A stretch of 64,000 nt of DNA from Eledone cirrhosa (taxonomy: Eukaryota): NCBI GenBank assembly GCA_964016885.1, contig OZ024751.1, positions 17,980,001 to 18,044,000 on the forward strand. The letters are read 5' to 3'. This document shows positions 38,291 through 52,057 of the stretch, in pieces. Positions within the stretch are counted from its first letter, which is position 1; each line of letters begins with the position of its first letter. The position numbers were made by a program, and so were the translations under genes. The notes beneath the pieces are model-generated. The model saw only the letters and a program-made list of their open reading frames with translations, made no database searches and had not been told where the DNA came from.

Positions 38291-39379
38291 AAAAAAATAT
38301 ATATATGGTAAATGAACTAAGTAATTACGCGATGTACATTAAGAATGAAAGAACAGCCATATTAGATTCGAAAATAAAAAAAAAAAGATTTAGAGAAGTA
38401 TACAATCAAATTTTACGAAATATCATTTTTTTTTTTTCAATTGGATTTGCTAATTAAAATTTCAATTTTTAAGGCAATAATGCAATAATAAAATAATAAA
38501 ATAATATAAAGTAAAAAGGAGAAAAAGTATATGAAATTTAATTATATTTTGAGGGTAAAAGAAAGGTATATATGGAAATGATTGGAATATATTTGGAAAA
38601 ACTCTAAAAAAACTCACTCATATACATACATAAATACATGGATACATATACACATTCATACATAAGTATATATACACATACATAAATACGTAGATACATA
38701 TATACATACATATATACATAGATACATATATAGATACATATACATATACACATAGATACATATACACTTACATACATAAATACATATACGCATATATAAA
38801 TACTTAGATACATATACATACATAGATACATATACATACATAGATACATATACATATAAATACATAAATACATATATACATGCATATGCATACATATATA
38901 CATATACACATACATAAATGCATAGATACATATACACATACATAAATGTATAGATACATATACACTTATATACATAAATCCATATACACATACATACATA
39001 AATACATACGTAAATATATATACACATACACATACATACATACATAAATAAATACATATACACATACATAGATACATATACACATACATACATAATATAT
39101 ATATATAGAATACATACATACATACACATATACACACAATGAAACAGGAAAGGAGAGCGCGAGAAGGTGTAGGAAAAAAACGTTTTAGAGAGAGAGAGTC
39201 AGAGAGTGCTTGTGTGTGTGGATGTATGTGTGTGTGTGGATGTATGTGTGTGTGTGGACGTATGTGTGTGGATGTATGTGTGTGTGTGGATGTATGTGTG
39301 TGTGTGGAAGTCTGGGAGACTGATATATTATATATTTATGAGATGCAATCAAATAAATAAAAGTACAAACACAAATAAG

Positions 39380-39411
<32 letters not shown>

Positions 39412-39628
39412 ATGTATATATAATACTTATTTGTGTTTTATTTTATATATATATATAACTAAATATGTATAATCACACACACACACATATATATGTTTAT
39501 ATACACATACATATACACATACATATATATATATGTATACACACAGATACATATATATATATATATATGTATACACACTCACACACACAGATATATATAT
39601 ATACACACACAGATAGATAGATAGATAA

Positions 39629-40842
39629 ATTTCTTTATTAGTCACAAGGGCACAAAATAAGGGGACAAATACAAATGGGGAGTTTACATACAGGTACATG
39701 AAAATAAAACTATTAATAAAATAACAAATAACAATTGATATCCCCAATAGGGGGAGGTCTTATACAGGGGTTGTACACACCCCGAAAAAATGCACAACCC
39801 TCATCTCCAGGAGCACCAATAGTGAGTACTCTCTTCCTCTTTTTACTCAACCTACAGGCTTATATAGAGAGAAAGCCTAACCACTCGGGCCATCTTTGCC
39901 ACATTCACCCACCTTTTATAACATTTGCTGGGGTACAGCACCTCTCTCTCCATCCTGATTCTTCTTCCAAAACGAATCAGTTGCTCACCGGAGAGAAAGG
40001 TGTCTGACCTCAGCCCTTTTAACCTCGTCCACCATATAACCTCTTTCATCATAGCCATAACACATAGGAAAACCGCCTCTTCCTCGTTTTTGAAGGAGGG
40101 TGGCGGTTTGATCATGACAATGGACTCGGTGGTCAACCAAATTGGTCCCACCCACGACCATAGTCGTTCTACATAGCCCCACAGGTCGGTAACGCCCTGG
40201 CAGTGTATCAATGCGTGCGCGACGGTTTCCTCGTCGCGCACGCATCTCGGACAGATCTTTTTCGAAGGGTCCCTACCCGGGCGCCCGTGTCTGTAGAGCT
40301 TGTCACGAACTGGTAGAGCTTGTCTCGAACTGGTAGAGCTCCTTGGTAGCACTGCCAGGCCAGGGACTTTTGGAAGTTGTCCATTGGTCCCGGGCGGAAG
40401 GTCCTACCGAACAGACTGACCAGTTCGTCCTCCTCTACGCCTAGAGTTTCTCAGAGCGTGTCGTCGCACTTGCTGCGGACCAACCCTCTATAGAATGTCG
40501 AAGTGGAGTCTCCACTGATAGCTGGGTCCGTTAGCCAGAGGACTGTGAGCGCCTGAGCACATTCGATGTGCCAGTCGCCCATTTTCCTCGGTCTTTGCTT
40601 GACCCAGGACTGCAGCTCGGTCAGCGAGACGAGTCGTGGGAAGGCTTGCCTCACGAACAGGGCTCACACCGGTTGTCTGGTAAGGAATACGTGGAGGTGC
40701 CGCAGCCTGAGCGCGTGTTTGCGCATCGTCAGCCACGGCATACCCAACCCTCCGTTTGAAGGGTGTTGGCAGCAGATGGATCTTCTCACCAAAGGAGCCC
40801 GTTTCTTCCAAAGGGATTGGAAGAGTGCGCGCTCCATTTTGG
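39629..40842 (-). mobile_element. 5'-truncated, decayed Tx1 copy (GATA lineage, variant 3' UTR)
   Basis: Homologous to the ORF2 C-terminus (CPRCVRDEETVAHALIHC), with frameshifts and an internal duplication near 40300-40340. Flanked by (GATA)n. Confidence 0.93.
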
Positions 40843-40879
<37 letters not shown>

Positions 40880-40880
40880 T

Positions 40881-41955
40881 ATTTCTTTATTAGCCACAGG
40901 GGCACAAAAGAAGGGGACAAATACAAAGGGGGGAAGTTTACATACAATAAAAACGTGTAAAATGTTATCACAGATGGAATTTAAAAGTTAGTCGATTTTC
41001 CCCAATAGAGGGAGACAGTTTATATGGGTAACACAGACCCCCGAAAAAAATGTGCAACCCTCATCTCCAGGAGTACGAAGAGCTTGTACTCCTTTCCTCT
41101 CCTCCTCCTTTTCCTCAACCTACAGGCTGATATAGAGAGAAGGCCCATTCACTCGGGCCATTCTCGCCACTTTCACCCACCTTTCATAAAACTTGCTGGG
41201 GTACAGCACCTCTCTCTCCATCCTGATTCTTCTTCCAAAGTGGTATTTGAAAAAAAGAATCAGTTGTTGGCCGGAGAGAAAGGTGTCTGACCTCAGCCCT
41301 TTCAACCTTGTCCACCATACAACCTCTTTCGCCATAGCTATCACACAAAGGAAAACCGCCTCTCCTTCGTTTTTGAAGGAGGGTGGCGGTTTGATCATGA
41401 CAATGGACTCGGTGGTCAACTGGATTGGTCCCACCCGCGACAATAGTCGTTCTACATAGCCCCACAGGTCAGTGACGCCCGGGCAGTGTATGAATGCGTG
41501 CGCGACGGTTTCTTCGTCTCGCACGCACCTCGGACAGATCTTTTTTGCAGGGTCCCTGCCCGGGCGCCCATGTCTGTAGAGCTTGTCTCGAACTGGTAGA
41601 GCTCCTCGGTAGCACTGCCAGGCCAGGGACTTTTGGAAGTTGTCCATCGGTCCCGGGCGGAAGGTCCTACCGAACAGACTGGCCAGTTCATCTTCCTCCA
41701 CGCCTAGAGTTTCACCGAGCGCGTCGTCGCACTTGCTGCGGACCAACCCTCTATAGAATGACGAAGTGGAGTCTCCACTGATCGCTGGGTCCGCCTGCCA
41801 GAGGGCTGTGAGCGCCTGAGCACATTCGATGTGCCAGTCGCCCATTTTCCTCGGTCTCTGCTTGACCCAGGACTGCAGCTCGGTCAGCGAGACGAGTCGT
41901 GGGAAGGCTCGCCTCACGAACGGGGCCCACACCGGTTGTCCGGTGAGGAATACGT
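40881..41955 (-). mobile_element. 5'-truncated Tx1 copy (GATA lineage) with open ORF2 C-terminal frame 41120-41932
   Basis: 270 aa colinear with the ORF2 C-terminus of the full-length element (MDNFQKSLAWQCYRGALPVRDKLYRHG). Flanked by (GATA)n. Confidence 0.95.
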
Positions 41956-41957
41956 TG

Positions 41958-41995
<38 letters not shown>

Positions 41996-42011
41996 GCTTT
42001 GATCTGGTGAT

Positions 42012-42203
42012 AATAATTGTTTCTACTTTTGGCACAAGGCCAGCAATTACCCAGTACATTCTGGTACTTTATTTTATCGACCCCGTAAGGATGAAAGGCA
42101 AAGTTAACCTCGGCGGGCTTTGAACTCAGACCGTAAAGGACCGTAACTCTATGCTGGAAAGCATGGCGCCGACTCTCTACCGATACTGCCAATTCACCGC
42201 CCT
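42012..42203 (-). mobile_element. SINE
   Basis: Full head, core and tail. Confidence 0.9.
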
Positions 42204-42751
42204 GATGATAATAATATTTCACAAGTAAGAAAGAAAATTGTTCAAATTTTAATAGCACGAGTTGAAATGTTCCTGATGAGGTTTAGCGACAATACTTTCT
42301 GAAGAAAAACATATTCTAGCAGACACATATATATATATATACATATATATATAGAGAGAGAGAAAAAGAGAGAGTCTCACTCTTATATATGTATGTGTGT
42401 GCGTATATATATATATATATATATTGGTAAATATCATCTTGGTTAAGAGAGTGGGACTGGCTTTGTGCAGTGCCTTTGCTCACTATAAAAGCTTCACGGC
42501 ACAGGCATTGCTTTATATCTGGAGATCTCTCTGCACTTGTCGTCACATGGTACCATGGGCCCAGCACTATGTGTCAATAATTGTCACAAGTGTAGTGTTT
42601 GTACCAGAGTTTTCAAGTCGCTGGCTGGACTAAAAAGTCACACTCGTTTAGCGCATCGGTAGGGGTTCTCCTACATGGATATAAAGTAGTGGCCGTACTC
42701 GAAAACGAGTCGGCAGCCACCACCATATATATATATATATATATATATATA

Positions 42752-42840
42752 CAGGGTGTCTCAAAAAATGGATATATACCTGTAGGGATAATATTTATTA
42801 GAATACTGTTGAGTGTTAATACATTTTTGGGGACACCTTG
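42752..42840. mobile_element. Tc1/mariner-like tiny MITE in (TA)n
   Basis: TA-CAGGGTGTCTCAAAAAATG ... CATTTTTGGGGACACCTTG-TA. Confidence 0.8.
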
Positions 42841-42879
42841 TATATATATATATATACACACACACATATATACATACAC

Positions 42880-42970
<91 letters not shown>

Positions 42971-43354
42971 TGTGTGTGTGCGTGCGCGTGCGTGTGTGTA
43001 TGTAGGTATGTATTCTTACAACATGGCCACGGTGCAGTAGCAAAATTTCCTTTATGAAGAAATATTGTAGTGGTGTGGTCGACCTTGTGTCAGCCACCAT
43101 CGACCTGAATATAAAATCGATATCAATATATATACATATACACATAAACATACGTATGTGTGTGTGGCTATATATTTGTATGTGTTTTATTTTTCAAGAC
43201 GAGTGAATCTCTGAAGAAACTCGACACCCATCTGCGGTGGTGTAGATGTACAAAAAACGCTGATATCAGCGAAGTGTTGATTTTTGACGGTTAATCTTTG
43301 AAATGTGACCGATTACTGATGACAGCGGGGGTGCAGACTCGATTACATACATAT

Positions 43355-43447
<93 letters not shown>

Positions 43448-43481
43448 TGATATACATATATATATACATTCATACATACAC

Positions 43482-43514
<33 letters not shown>

Positions 43515-43561
43515 CATATAAATATATATATATATATATATTCATACATACACATGCGTGC

Positions 43562-43618
<57 letters not shown>

Positions 43619-43751
43619 TACATGGTCACACAGATAAACAAACAAACATTCACACAATTATGTATATACATACTTGTATATATATATCAAATTAAATACA
43701 CAAATGGCATCTACAGGACTAGACCAGTTTCATTCGAAAGCCTGACTCCCC

Positions 43752-43806
<55 letters not shown>

Positions 43807-44026
43807 TTATTTATTTATTAAAATAACATTAAAGTGTAAGCAAAAATCGCTGCTTTCACCCTTAACACAATTCTCTGAAGATCCCGTTAAAGGGTGAAAG
43901 TAAATTTAATGTTATTTTGACAAATACTTGCTCTACGGATTTTATATAATTTTATATATATATTATCCTTATCGAGCCCTCTTTTAGTCTTCACATTTAT
44001 TATTATTACTATATATATTATATATA

Positions 44027-44065
<39 letters not shown>

Positions 44066-44068
<3 letters not shown>

Positions 44069-44185
44069 CGAAGGAGGTGTGGTAAGGAACCAGATGGACC
44101 ATAACGCACCAGAGTACTTAATACTTAGGATAGTAGAGTGGGTAATAGCCGTCGAAATTGCTTAAGCTCTGCCGTCGGGGTTAAA
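44066..44185. mobile_element. H7 copy with internal strand switch
   Basis: 44066-44146 in one orientation, then tagccgtcgaaattgcttaagctc in the other. Confidence 0.75.
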
Positions 44186-44785
44186 CATTTTCCTATATAT
44201 ATATATATATGTCTATATATATATATATACACACGAGTACAGCCATCATTATACACGTATACACATACAGATTCATATAAATATATAAGTTAATTTCAGA
44301 CACATAGACACCATACAGCGCAAATACACCCATTTCATACATAGATAACATATTTATATATTCATATTCAGTCATCCATCCAACAATCCAACCAGACATG
44401 TTAGTCAACCGTATATAATTAAATGCATAACAACATACACAGACATATGCACACAGACATACAGATATACATATTTTCAACATATTTACATACATGTATA
44501 AGTGTGTGTAAGTGTGTCCAACAACAAATATATATATATGTATATATGTATATATATATATAAGATCAAAAGATGGTTAAAGGAGTTCCATGTATTTTAT
44601 TATGCGCATTTCAAAAACAAACATCATCATGCAATAATATTTGTGTTTTCATCAGATAAAACAGGAGAACATGATATGAAGGCTAAAAAACACTTGTGGA
44701 TAGTGCAGTTTTAAATCAACATTTCTAGAGTGCTTCTTATCCGATATCTGCATTGCTTTATCGTACTACAATAAAACTCACCTCC

Positions 44786-44853
<68 letters not shown>

Positions 44854-44904
44854 AGAAGGTAGTACAGCATAATCGAAGCTCTGGTTGCGGGCAAGCTAAC
44901 GAAT

Positions 44905-45040
44905 GCATAGGAACAGAGTCAGGATCCCGACGGCTGAGTTCCGGCCGTTTCCCACTCTATTACCCACTCTACTACCCTAAGTATCGAGTACTCTGGTGCG
45001 TTATGGTCCACCTGGTTCCTTACCACACTTTCTTTGTTAT
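44905..45040. mobile_element. H7 copy with internal strand switch
   Basis: ggaacagagtcaggatcccgacggctgag followed by an inverted ccactctactaccctaag...ccttaccacac. Confidence 0.75.
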
Positions 45041-45159
45041 ATATATATATATATAAAGCAACGTGAAGTAAAGACTTGCTTAAGAACACAACGCAAAGCC
45101 CGGTCCATGAATCAAACTCACCACCTCAAGACTGTATGCGCGACGCTCTACCCACTGAA

Positions 45160-45191
<32 letters not shown>

Positions 45192-45196
<5 letters not shown>

Positions 45197-45380
45197 AACA
45201 AGTAAGACCCCGACGGCTGAGCTCAAGCCGTTTCGACGGGTAATTCTGGACAGAATTAGCCGTCGAAACCGCTTGAGCTCAGCCGTCGGGGTCTTACTTG
45301 TTCCTATTACCCACTCTACTACTTTAAGTATTGAGTACTTTGGTGCGTTATGGTCCACCTGGTTCCTTACCACATTTCCT

Positions 45381-45385
<5 letters not shown>
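45192..45385. mobile_element. H7 copy with ~56-bp near-perfect foldback (45192-45307)
   Basis: taggaacaagtaagaccccgacgg...ccgtcggggtcttacttgttccta, inside (TA)n. Confidence 0.85.
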
Positions 45386-45421
<36 letters not shown>

Positions 45422-45614
45422 ACATGTTGAGGTCAACCACGTGTCAATACCAGTTGACCTGACAATGAGATCAATATCAATCCAGTTGTCACTATCAGGT
45501 CTTTGTTTTTTCAGAGACTAGTATTTTTGTCAATACGCTGACGTTTGTGTGTATATCTGTGTGCCTGTGTGTATGTGCATATACATACACCTACAAAAAT
45601 ACACACTCAAAGGC

Positions 45615-45775
45615 ATACATTCACACAAACACACAACATACATTCACACAAACACACAACATACATTCACACAAACACACAGCATACATTCACACGAACA
45701 CACAACATACATTCACACAAACACGCAAACATACATTCACACAAACCCACAAACATACATTCACACAAACACACA
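45615..45775. repeat. ~22-bp tandem repeat catacattcacacaaacacacaa
   Basis: About 7 units. Confidence 0.85.
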
Positions 45776-46684
45776 CATACACTCACACTCAGCGTAGTCT
45801 TTATCACCACCTCCTTCCTTCCCTTTACACACACATATATTCACGCAGGCAGAACACGTAAAGAAAGAGGAGTAGTATGAGGTAGTCAAACTACTCCTTT
45901 CTTTTTACGTGTTGTGACAGAATCGCAGAAATTTATATATTAAGATAGTTTATCTTTGTCTATATCATCCAGTGTGGCTTTACGTTTGTATGACCTCTCT
46001 GATGCTCACTTGCTGGGTTGTAAGTGTATATAATATATACCATAGAAGCAGATATTTAATACACACTGAATCTGATTCATTTGTGTCTCTATGTGAGTGT
46101 GTACATGTTTGTGTGCGTATGTTTGTCTCGATCTGTGTATGTGTCCATGTTTGTCAGGGTTTGCGTGATGTGTGTATGTGTGTTTATATGTTTCACAGAA
46201 CGTATGGTGAACAGTGGTCAGGACGTGAAATCCATAGCTGTGGCCGTGATGTTGATGATGCTGCTAATGTTGGTTGGGGGGGTCGATGATGATGATGCTA
46301 ATGATTATAATGTTGATGTAGGCGATGCGGATGATGGGGGGGGGGGCTATATTGTAGATGGTGATGATGATGATGTTTGTGGTGATTATAATGTAGATGG
46401 TAATGTTGGTGATGGTGATGATGGTGATGATGGTGTTGATTATGGTGAAGCTAGTGGTGATTATATTAATGATGGTGGCGATGGTCTGTCTGCTTTAGAA
46501 GTTGCGGGCTTCATGTTATACCTATAGTATTTATAGGAAAGGCGGGATAGCGAGTCAGTAGGAGGGTTGAAGTCAGCAGGGGTGATTGGAAACAAGTCAA
46601 ATAAGGATGACTTCTAACACAGCTGGTGAATGTGTGGATGAGATGTAGTGAAATACGAAGCCAAGTGTCGACTGGCCCTTTCTG

Positions 46685-46719
<35 letters not shown>

Positions 46720-46947
46720 TTGTGTATGTATGAGCAGGCTGTCTCTGTATATGTATGTAGGCTCTGTCTCTGTTTATGTGTAGAGTGTCTCTGTACATGT
46801 GTGTAGACTGTTGTATGCTGTGTGTGTGTGTGTGTGTGTGTATCAATGTTTAGATAATGTGTAAATGTGTATTAGGAGTAAGCTCATGTATATAGGTGTA
46901 CTTATATGTGAGAATGTATGTGCATGCATGTAATTATATATACGTAC

Positions 46948-47112
<165 letters not shown>

Positions 47113-47946
47113 CGAATACATATATGACACTCCCAAAGTATAACAATATATATATATATATATATCACATAACAATATATATATATATATATCACATAAG
47201 AAACGGAGAATCAGTGGACGAATTAAAATTTATTAGACATATATATATATATATATGTATATAATTGGAAATTTAGTAAAATCGTATCTCTGGCGGTTTG
47301 CAAGTAAATTCGGCCTACTTATATGAAATGATGAGTTAGCAAAGCACTCAATAAGGGTAGGTCCTTTGAGTAATAACATACGTTTAAATAGTTTGACAAA
47401 TCGAACATTGTGGTAGGCAAAATCTAACACACAATAATATACCAAAGTAACGATAGAACTATCAGGTTGAGAAAAATACACCTGGACAAATCAAACGATT
47501 AATCGTTTAAAGTGTTTCTTTGAATCCGAAATCAAATATCAGACTTACGTGACTGGCAAGCTCGTGGTATTCATATATGTGGTTAGAAAAAGCTATCTCA
47601 CTTACCGCTTTTCACAGGCGCCGCTAGATTCCACTGTAGGTACTCCTCTTCCACGTGCGTCCAACTGCTTAACACCGGGAGCTGCCGAAAACTCGCGTCC
47701 ACACCGTCTGCTGGTCACCACTAGAGAGAGGCTCTCTGCTGGCCCTTCCGGTCGAGGCATCCTTCCGGCCAAAGACCCCTTCCGGTCGAGCACTCCACAC
47801 ACCCTTCCGGTCGAGCACTCCCCCGCCTCCGGCCACCGCACGCCACACCATACCCACACAGACTTACGTGATTGGCAAGCTCGTGGTATTCATATATATA
47901 TATATATATGAAGGAATTTGTAGTTTAGTTGAAGCATTGTATAGGG

Positions 47947-48180
47947 TATAAAGACATTCGAAGTTTGAAAGCCGCGACAATGCAGGTTTGGTCGGTAGAA
48001 CAAGCCACGTTGGACACTGGAATAGTTCCTTTATTTTCCTCGGAAGAAGAGATATTAATCTTGAAATATCAGGACATATAAATAAATTAAGGTAGAAAAA
48101 TAATGTCCGTTTCTTACGATTTAAGTATTATTCGTCCAAACCTGCATTGCTGTGGCTTTCCGGCTTCGAACTTCTTTGTA
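47947..48180. mobile_element. Family H5: inverted termini (47947-47993 and 48133-48180) with an internal hammerhead-like motif at 48037-48074 (+)
   Basis: tcct-CGGAAGA-agagat..atctt-GAA-ATAT-C-agga. The 3' part recurs at ~50187-50295. Confidence 0.65.
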
Positions 48181-48185
48181 TTTGT

Positions 48186-48235
<50 letters not shown>

Positions 48236-48237
<2 letters not shown>

Positions 48238-48389
48238 CGAAGGAAATGTGGTAAGGAACCAGGTGGACCATAACGCACCAAAGTACTCAATACTTGAGGT
48301 AGTAGAGTGGGTAATAGGAACCAGTAAGACCCCGACTTAGAATTAGCCGTCGAAACGGCTTGAGCTCAGCTGTCGGGGTCTTACTGGTT

Positions 48390-48422
<33 letters not shown>

Positions 48423-48470
48423 GGATCGAGCTGTCGAAACGGCCGGAGCTCAGCCGTCTGGGTCCTGAAT
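48236..48470. mobile_element. H7 inverted pair plus an extra fragment in (TA)n
   Basis: ggaaccagtaagaccccgac / gtcggggtcttactggttcc foldback. Confidence 0.8.
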
Positions 48471-50426
48471 GTTTATATATATATATATATATATATGAAA
48501 CACAAATTTAATTTTCAAGAACAACATAATGCGTATGGAGAATGTTAAATTGCCAAGATAACAAAGGAATCTTACCTTAGCAGATTTAACGATCCCAAAT
48601 ATTTTCGGGTCTAAAAGCTCATTATCAAGGGAGTAACCCAATGAGAGACTTAAAAATCGATCGGATATACTTGATTGTCCCTCAACATGTAAGAACATGT
48701 TAAATTATTCACAAAACACCAACGTAACCCTTTTCATAGCCAAGATAACTCTGCTTCCTTGTTAGGTACTTTTAAACGTCTATATTTATATAAAAAAAAG
48801 ACCTCTATCATAATTTAATGTAACAACATTTGTTAAGCTATGTTCCAAATACTAAATAATGACAAATTTTGCCTTTTTTCATTCTGTCCGCCGGGGCTGT
48901 GGAAAGGCCAGCACGTGGGACCGCGTTTGCTCACCATACAGAGAGATGGGGCGATGACAGTGGGAGTTCGGCTATTCCACGTTCGGTCCATATCCTTGTG
49001 GTTGTGTTTAATGTAGTTGTGTATTACATACTACATTATTTAACGTGACCTATTTGATAACTTGAGTTCTGCATCTTGTAGACGTGTTATATTTTATAAG
49101 TACCACAAATACTAGCGATGTCTATTGACCGAGCTTCTCTTCACAGTACACAAGATTACAAAATTTGTCATTGTTAATAAATCTATCAATATTCTACATT
49201 AATTTTAATATCATTTGAAAATACCAGACCATGTCTATCATTTGTAATACGGTAACAAAAGATTAAAAAAATAAGACCTAAACCAAGAAAAATTAAGAAA
49301 TTGAGATCGGCGGATCAAAAGAATACTGGTTTAAAAAACAACAAAATAACAACACTGTTCAACTGAGCAAGCAAACGGGGGTAGGAGAGGGTTGGAAATA
49401 ACCTGCCATCAACTGGTTGCTTCTTTTACTGTTGGCCACTATATACACATATATTTAACAGTTGCAATCACAAATAGTTAAAAAAGTAAACCCAACACAC
49501 TACACGCTCATACAAATAAACAGAGAGAGAGAGAGGAGGAGAAAAGTGGCAGAGAGAGAGAGGGGGGTAGATAGAGAGAGAGTTGGGAGATAGAGAAAGA
49601 TGGAGGAGAAAAGTGGCAGAGAAATAGAGAAGAGGAAGATGGGGAGAGTGTGAGAAGGGGGAAATGGGGAGAGATGGGGAGAGATGGGAGAGATGGGGAG
49701 AGAGATGGGAGAGAGATGGGGAGAGATGGGGAGAGAGATGGGAGAGAGATGGGGAGAGAGATGGGGGAGAAAAAGAGACAAAGAGTGAAAGAGAGAGAGA
49801 TAGGTGTATGAAGTTTACTGCATGCAATATTCGAATTGAACTAAAAGATATGTAATACAATACATGTAATATAATGTATCCATCTATTAATCTATGTTTT
49901 TTTATCCCTGTTTGTTATCCAAATACTTGATATTGTTGCTTTGGGGACCACACAATAAAAACAGGCTGTGTTGCGGATGTCAGCTGCCTCACATGATGTC
50001 AATGTGGTTCAAAATATTTATATAGGAGCAAAGAAATATATAAGCTGACCACTAGTGAGGAATTTACAAATAAACTTCACCAAATAACGACCAGCTTTAT
50101 GTCGATTATCGCTGGTGAACCAGGAGAGGGACAGATGGGGTCTATAAGAATTGGTTTCAGTCGGTACGTTGTTCTGAATCTCTTTCTCAGGACATAGGAA
50201 TATATTACGGTAGAAAAATAATCCCTGTTTCTTACGATTTAATTATTCTCCGTCCAAAACTGCATTGCCTTGGCTTTCAAACTTCGAATTTCTTATATAT
50301 ATACTTTTCCTTTCTCTCTTTTCTCTCTCTCCTCTTCTTTTCTCTCTCTCCTTTTCTTATTATTTTCCTCTTAGAGTTTGCTCTTTTTTTTTCTCTCTTT
50401 TTTCTATCTCTCTTTTTTCTCTCTCT

Positions 50427-50464
<38 letters not shown>

Positions 50465-50549
50465 ACCCAACGGCTTATTTAAATCTACTCTGATTTAAAA
50501 ATATCCGAAACTAATTTACATAATAGTATTAATAAATTTATAACCCCAC

Positions 50550-50824
50550 TATCCGGGAGCTTCCAACAGAAATGGTCGCATTCTTTAAGGGTATGTCAAT
50601 ATTTATTTATAAAACTGCTCTATATTATATTTTATCTGATGAAAGCACACCATAATTTAACTTGGTGTCCTTGAAATATGTATAATGAAATAAATATGGT
50701 TTTATAAATTATAGTTTCCATTTGTTAATATATCGTATTTTTACTCCAATAATTTGTTGAGTGCTTTATATCAGCTATAAAAGTATTTGCTTGTTGTATC
50801 CCAACAATTTAAATAGAACTTCTA
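50550..50824 (+). mobile_element. H1 copy with hammerhead at 50628-50692
   Basis: tattttat-CTGATGA-aagcacacca..tggtgtcctt-GAAA-tatgt-ATA-atgaaata. Matches 478-709 plus the full 3' end. Confidence 0.85.
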
Positions 50825-51021
50825 CATATATATAAATCTCTACTACGGTAACCCTTCTACCTTTGTTTTGTTTTCATCTTTGTCTCTCTCAATTTTCACT
50901 TTCACCTGTTTTTCCTATCTATCTTTCACTTCCTACCTCGAGATTTCCCTCTGCATTGTTGTGGCTTTCTTAACTACGTATTTTACACATTTCACAATGC
51001 TTCAAGCAAACTTTAACACCC

Positions 51022-51055
<34 letters not shown>

Positions 51056-51081
51056 GGGTGTCCCCCAAAATGAATCCCTCG

Positions 51082-51168
<87 letters not shown>

Positions 51169-51638
51169 AAATTGAAGCTTTCTTCTTCCTCTCTGAGAGA
51201 AATCGGCTCTATTTAAACCTGGAGAGGGGATAGGCTCCGTAGGGATTTAAAACGGCTCACCTCTCACCGTGTAGAGGAATGGCCCATGTTCATAGTCTCC
51301 ATAGACCTTTTTAAGTTTTTACCAAGCTGTATTCTTTGGTCATATACATATATGAACATAGATATATGCCAACTCGTTTTTGTCGTTCGTATTATTTTGG
51401 ATTTAGGAAAAGGAATTATAACAACACTTTAGGTAAGATACAAAACACACAATAAAATAAAAGCCAAGAATATTTCATGGGGATACATTAATAGCAAAAT
51501 ACAGACCTGCAATCAATATACACACACAGGACACGTGAAATTATGAAATCTACACACACAAACTCACTCATATATACATATATATATATATTTCTAGAGC
51601 GATGGAGAAAGAGAGATGTATACATACACCTACAACCA

Positions 51639-51676
<38 letters not shown>

Positions 51677-51797
51677 ATAAATGTAATCTGAGTTTTTCGA
51701 ATATTAAAAACAATATTCGATTTGTTTGCAATTATGCAACCTGCATCTTTTTTAAAGCCATGCCAGTAGAATGAGCTCTTGTGTTGGCATGTAAACA

Positions 51798-51847
51798 GAA
51801 CTGCAGACACTAATGTTTCTGGGTATTACCCTTCATCAGTACAGTTC
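51798..51847 (-). ncRNA. Canonical type I hammerhead ribozyme (H4)
   Basis: gaactgta-CTGATGA-a-GGGT-aat-ACCC-a-GAAA-ca-ttag-t-GTC-tgcagttc: 8-bp stem I and a GUC site. Confidence 0.88.
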
Positions 51848-52007
51848 ATTGTTCACCTACCAACTGTCAGTGCTAGTGAAAATATATGATATTTTCTAAA
51901 ATATACTGTGACTGATCGGCCTGATTTGCATATTAGTAGACTGGCTGATCAGTCAGATCTACGTATACATCTACGTATTAGATCTGACTGATCAGCAGGT
52001 GAACAGT

Positions 52008-52057
52008 GAACTGTACTGATGAAGGGTAAAACCCAGAAGCATTAGTGTCTGCAGTTC
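52008..52057 (+). ncRNA. Hammerhead (H4) with GAAA>GAAG core change
   Basis: Mirror of 51798-51847, but reads cagaagcattag. Confidence 0.7.

Noticed and set aside
45878-45886. TGAGGTAGT let-7-like 9-mer
   Set aside because: It lies over the hairpin loop and the downstream sequence does not match let-7.
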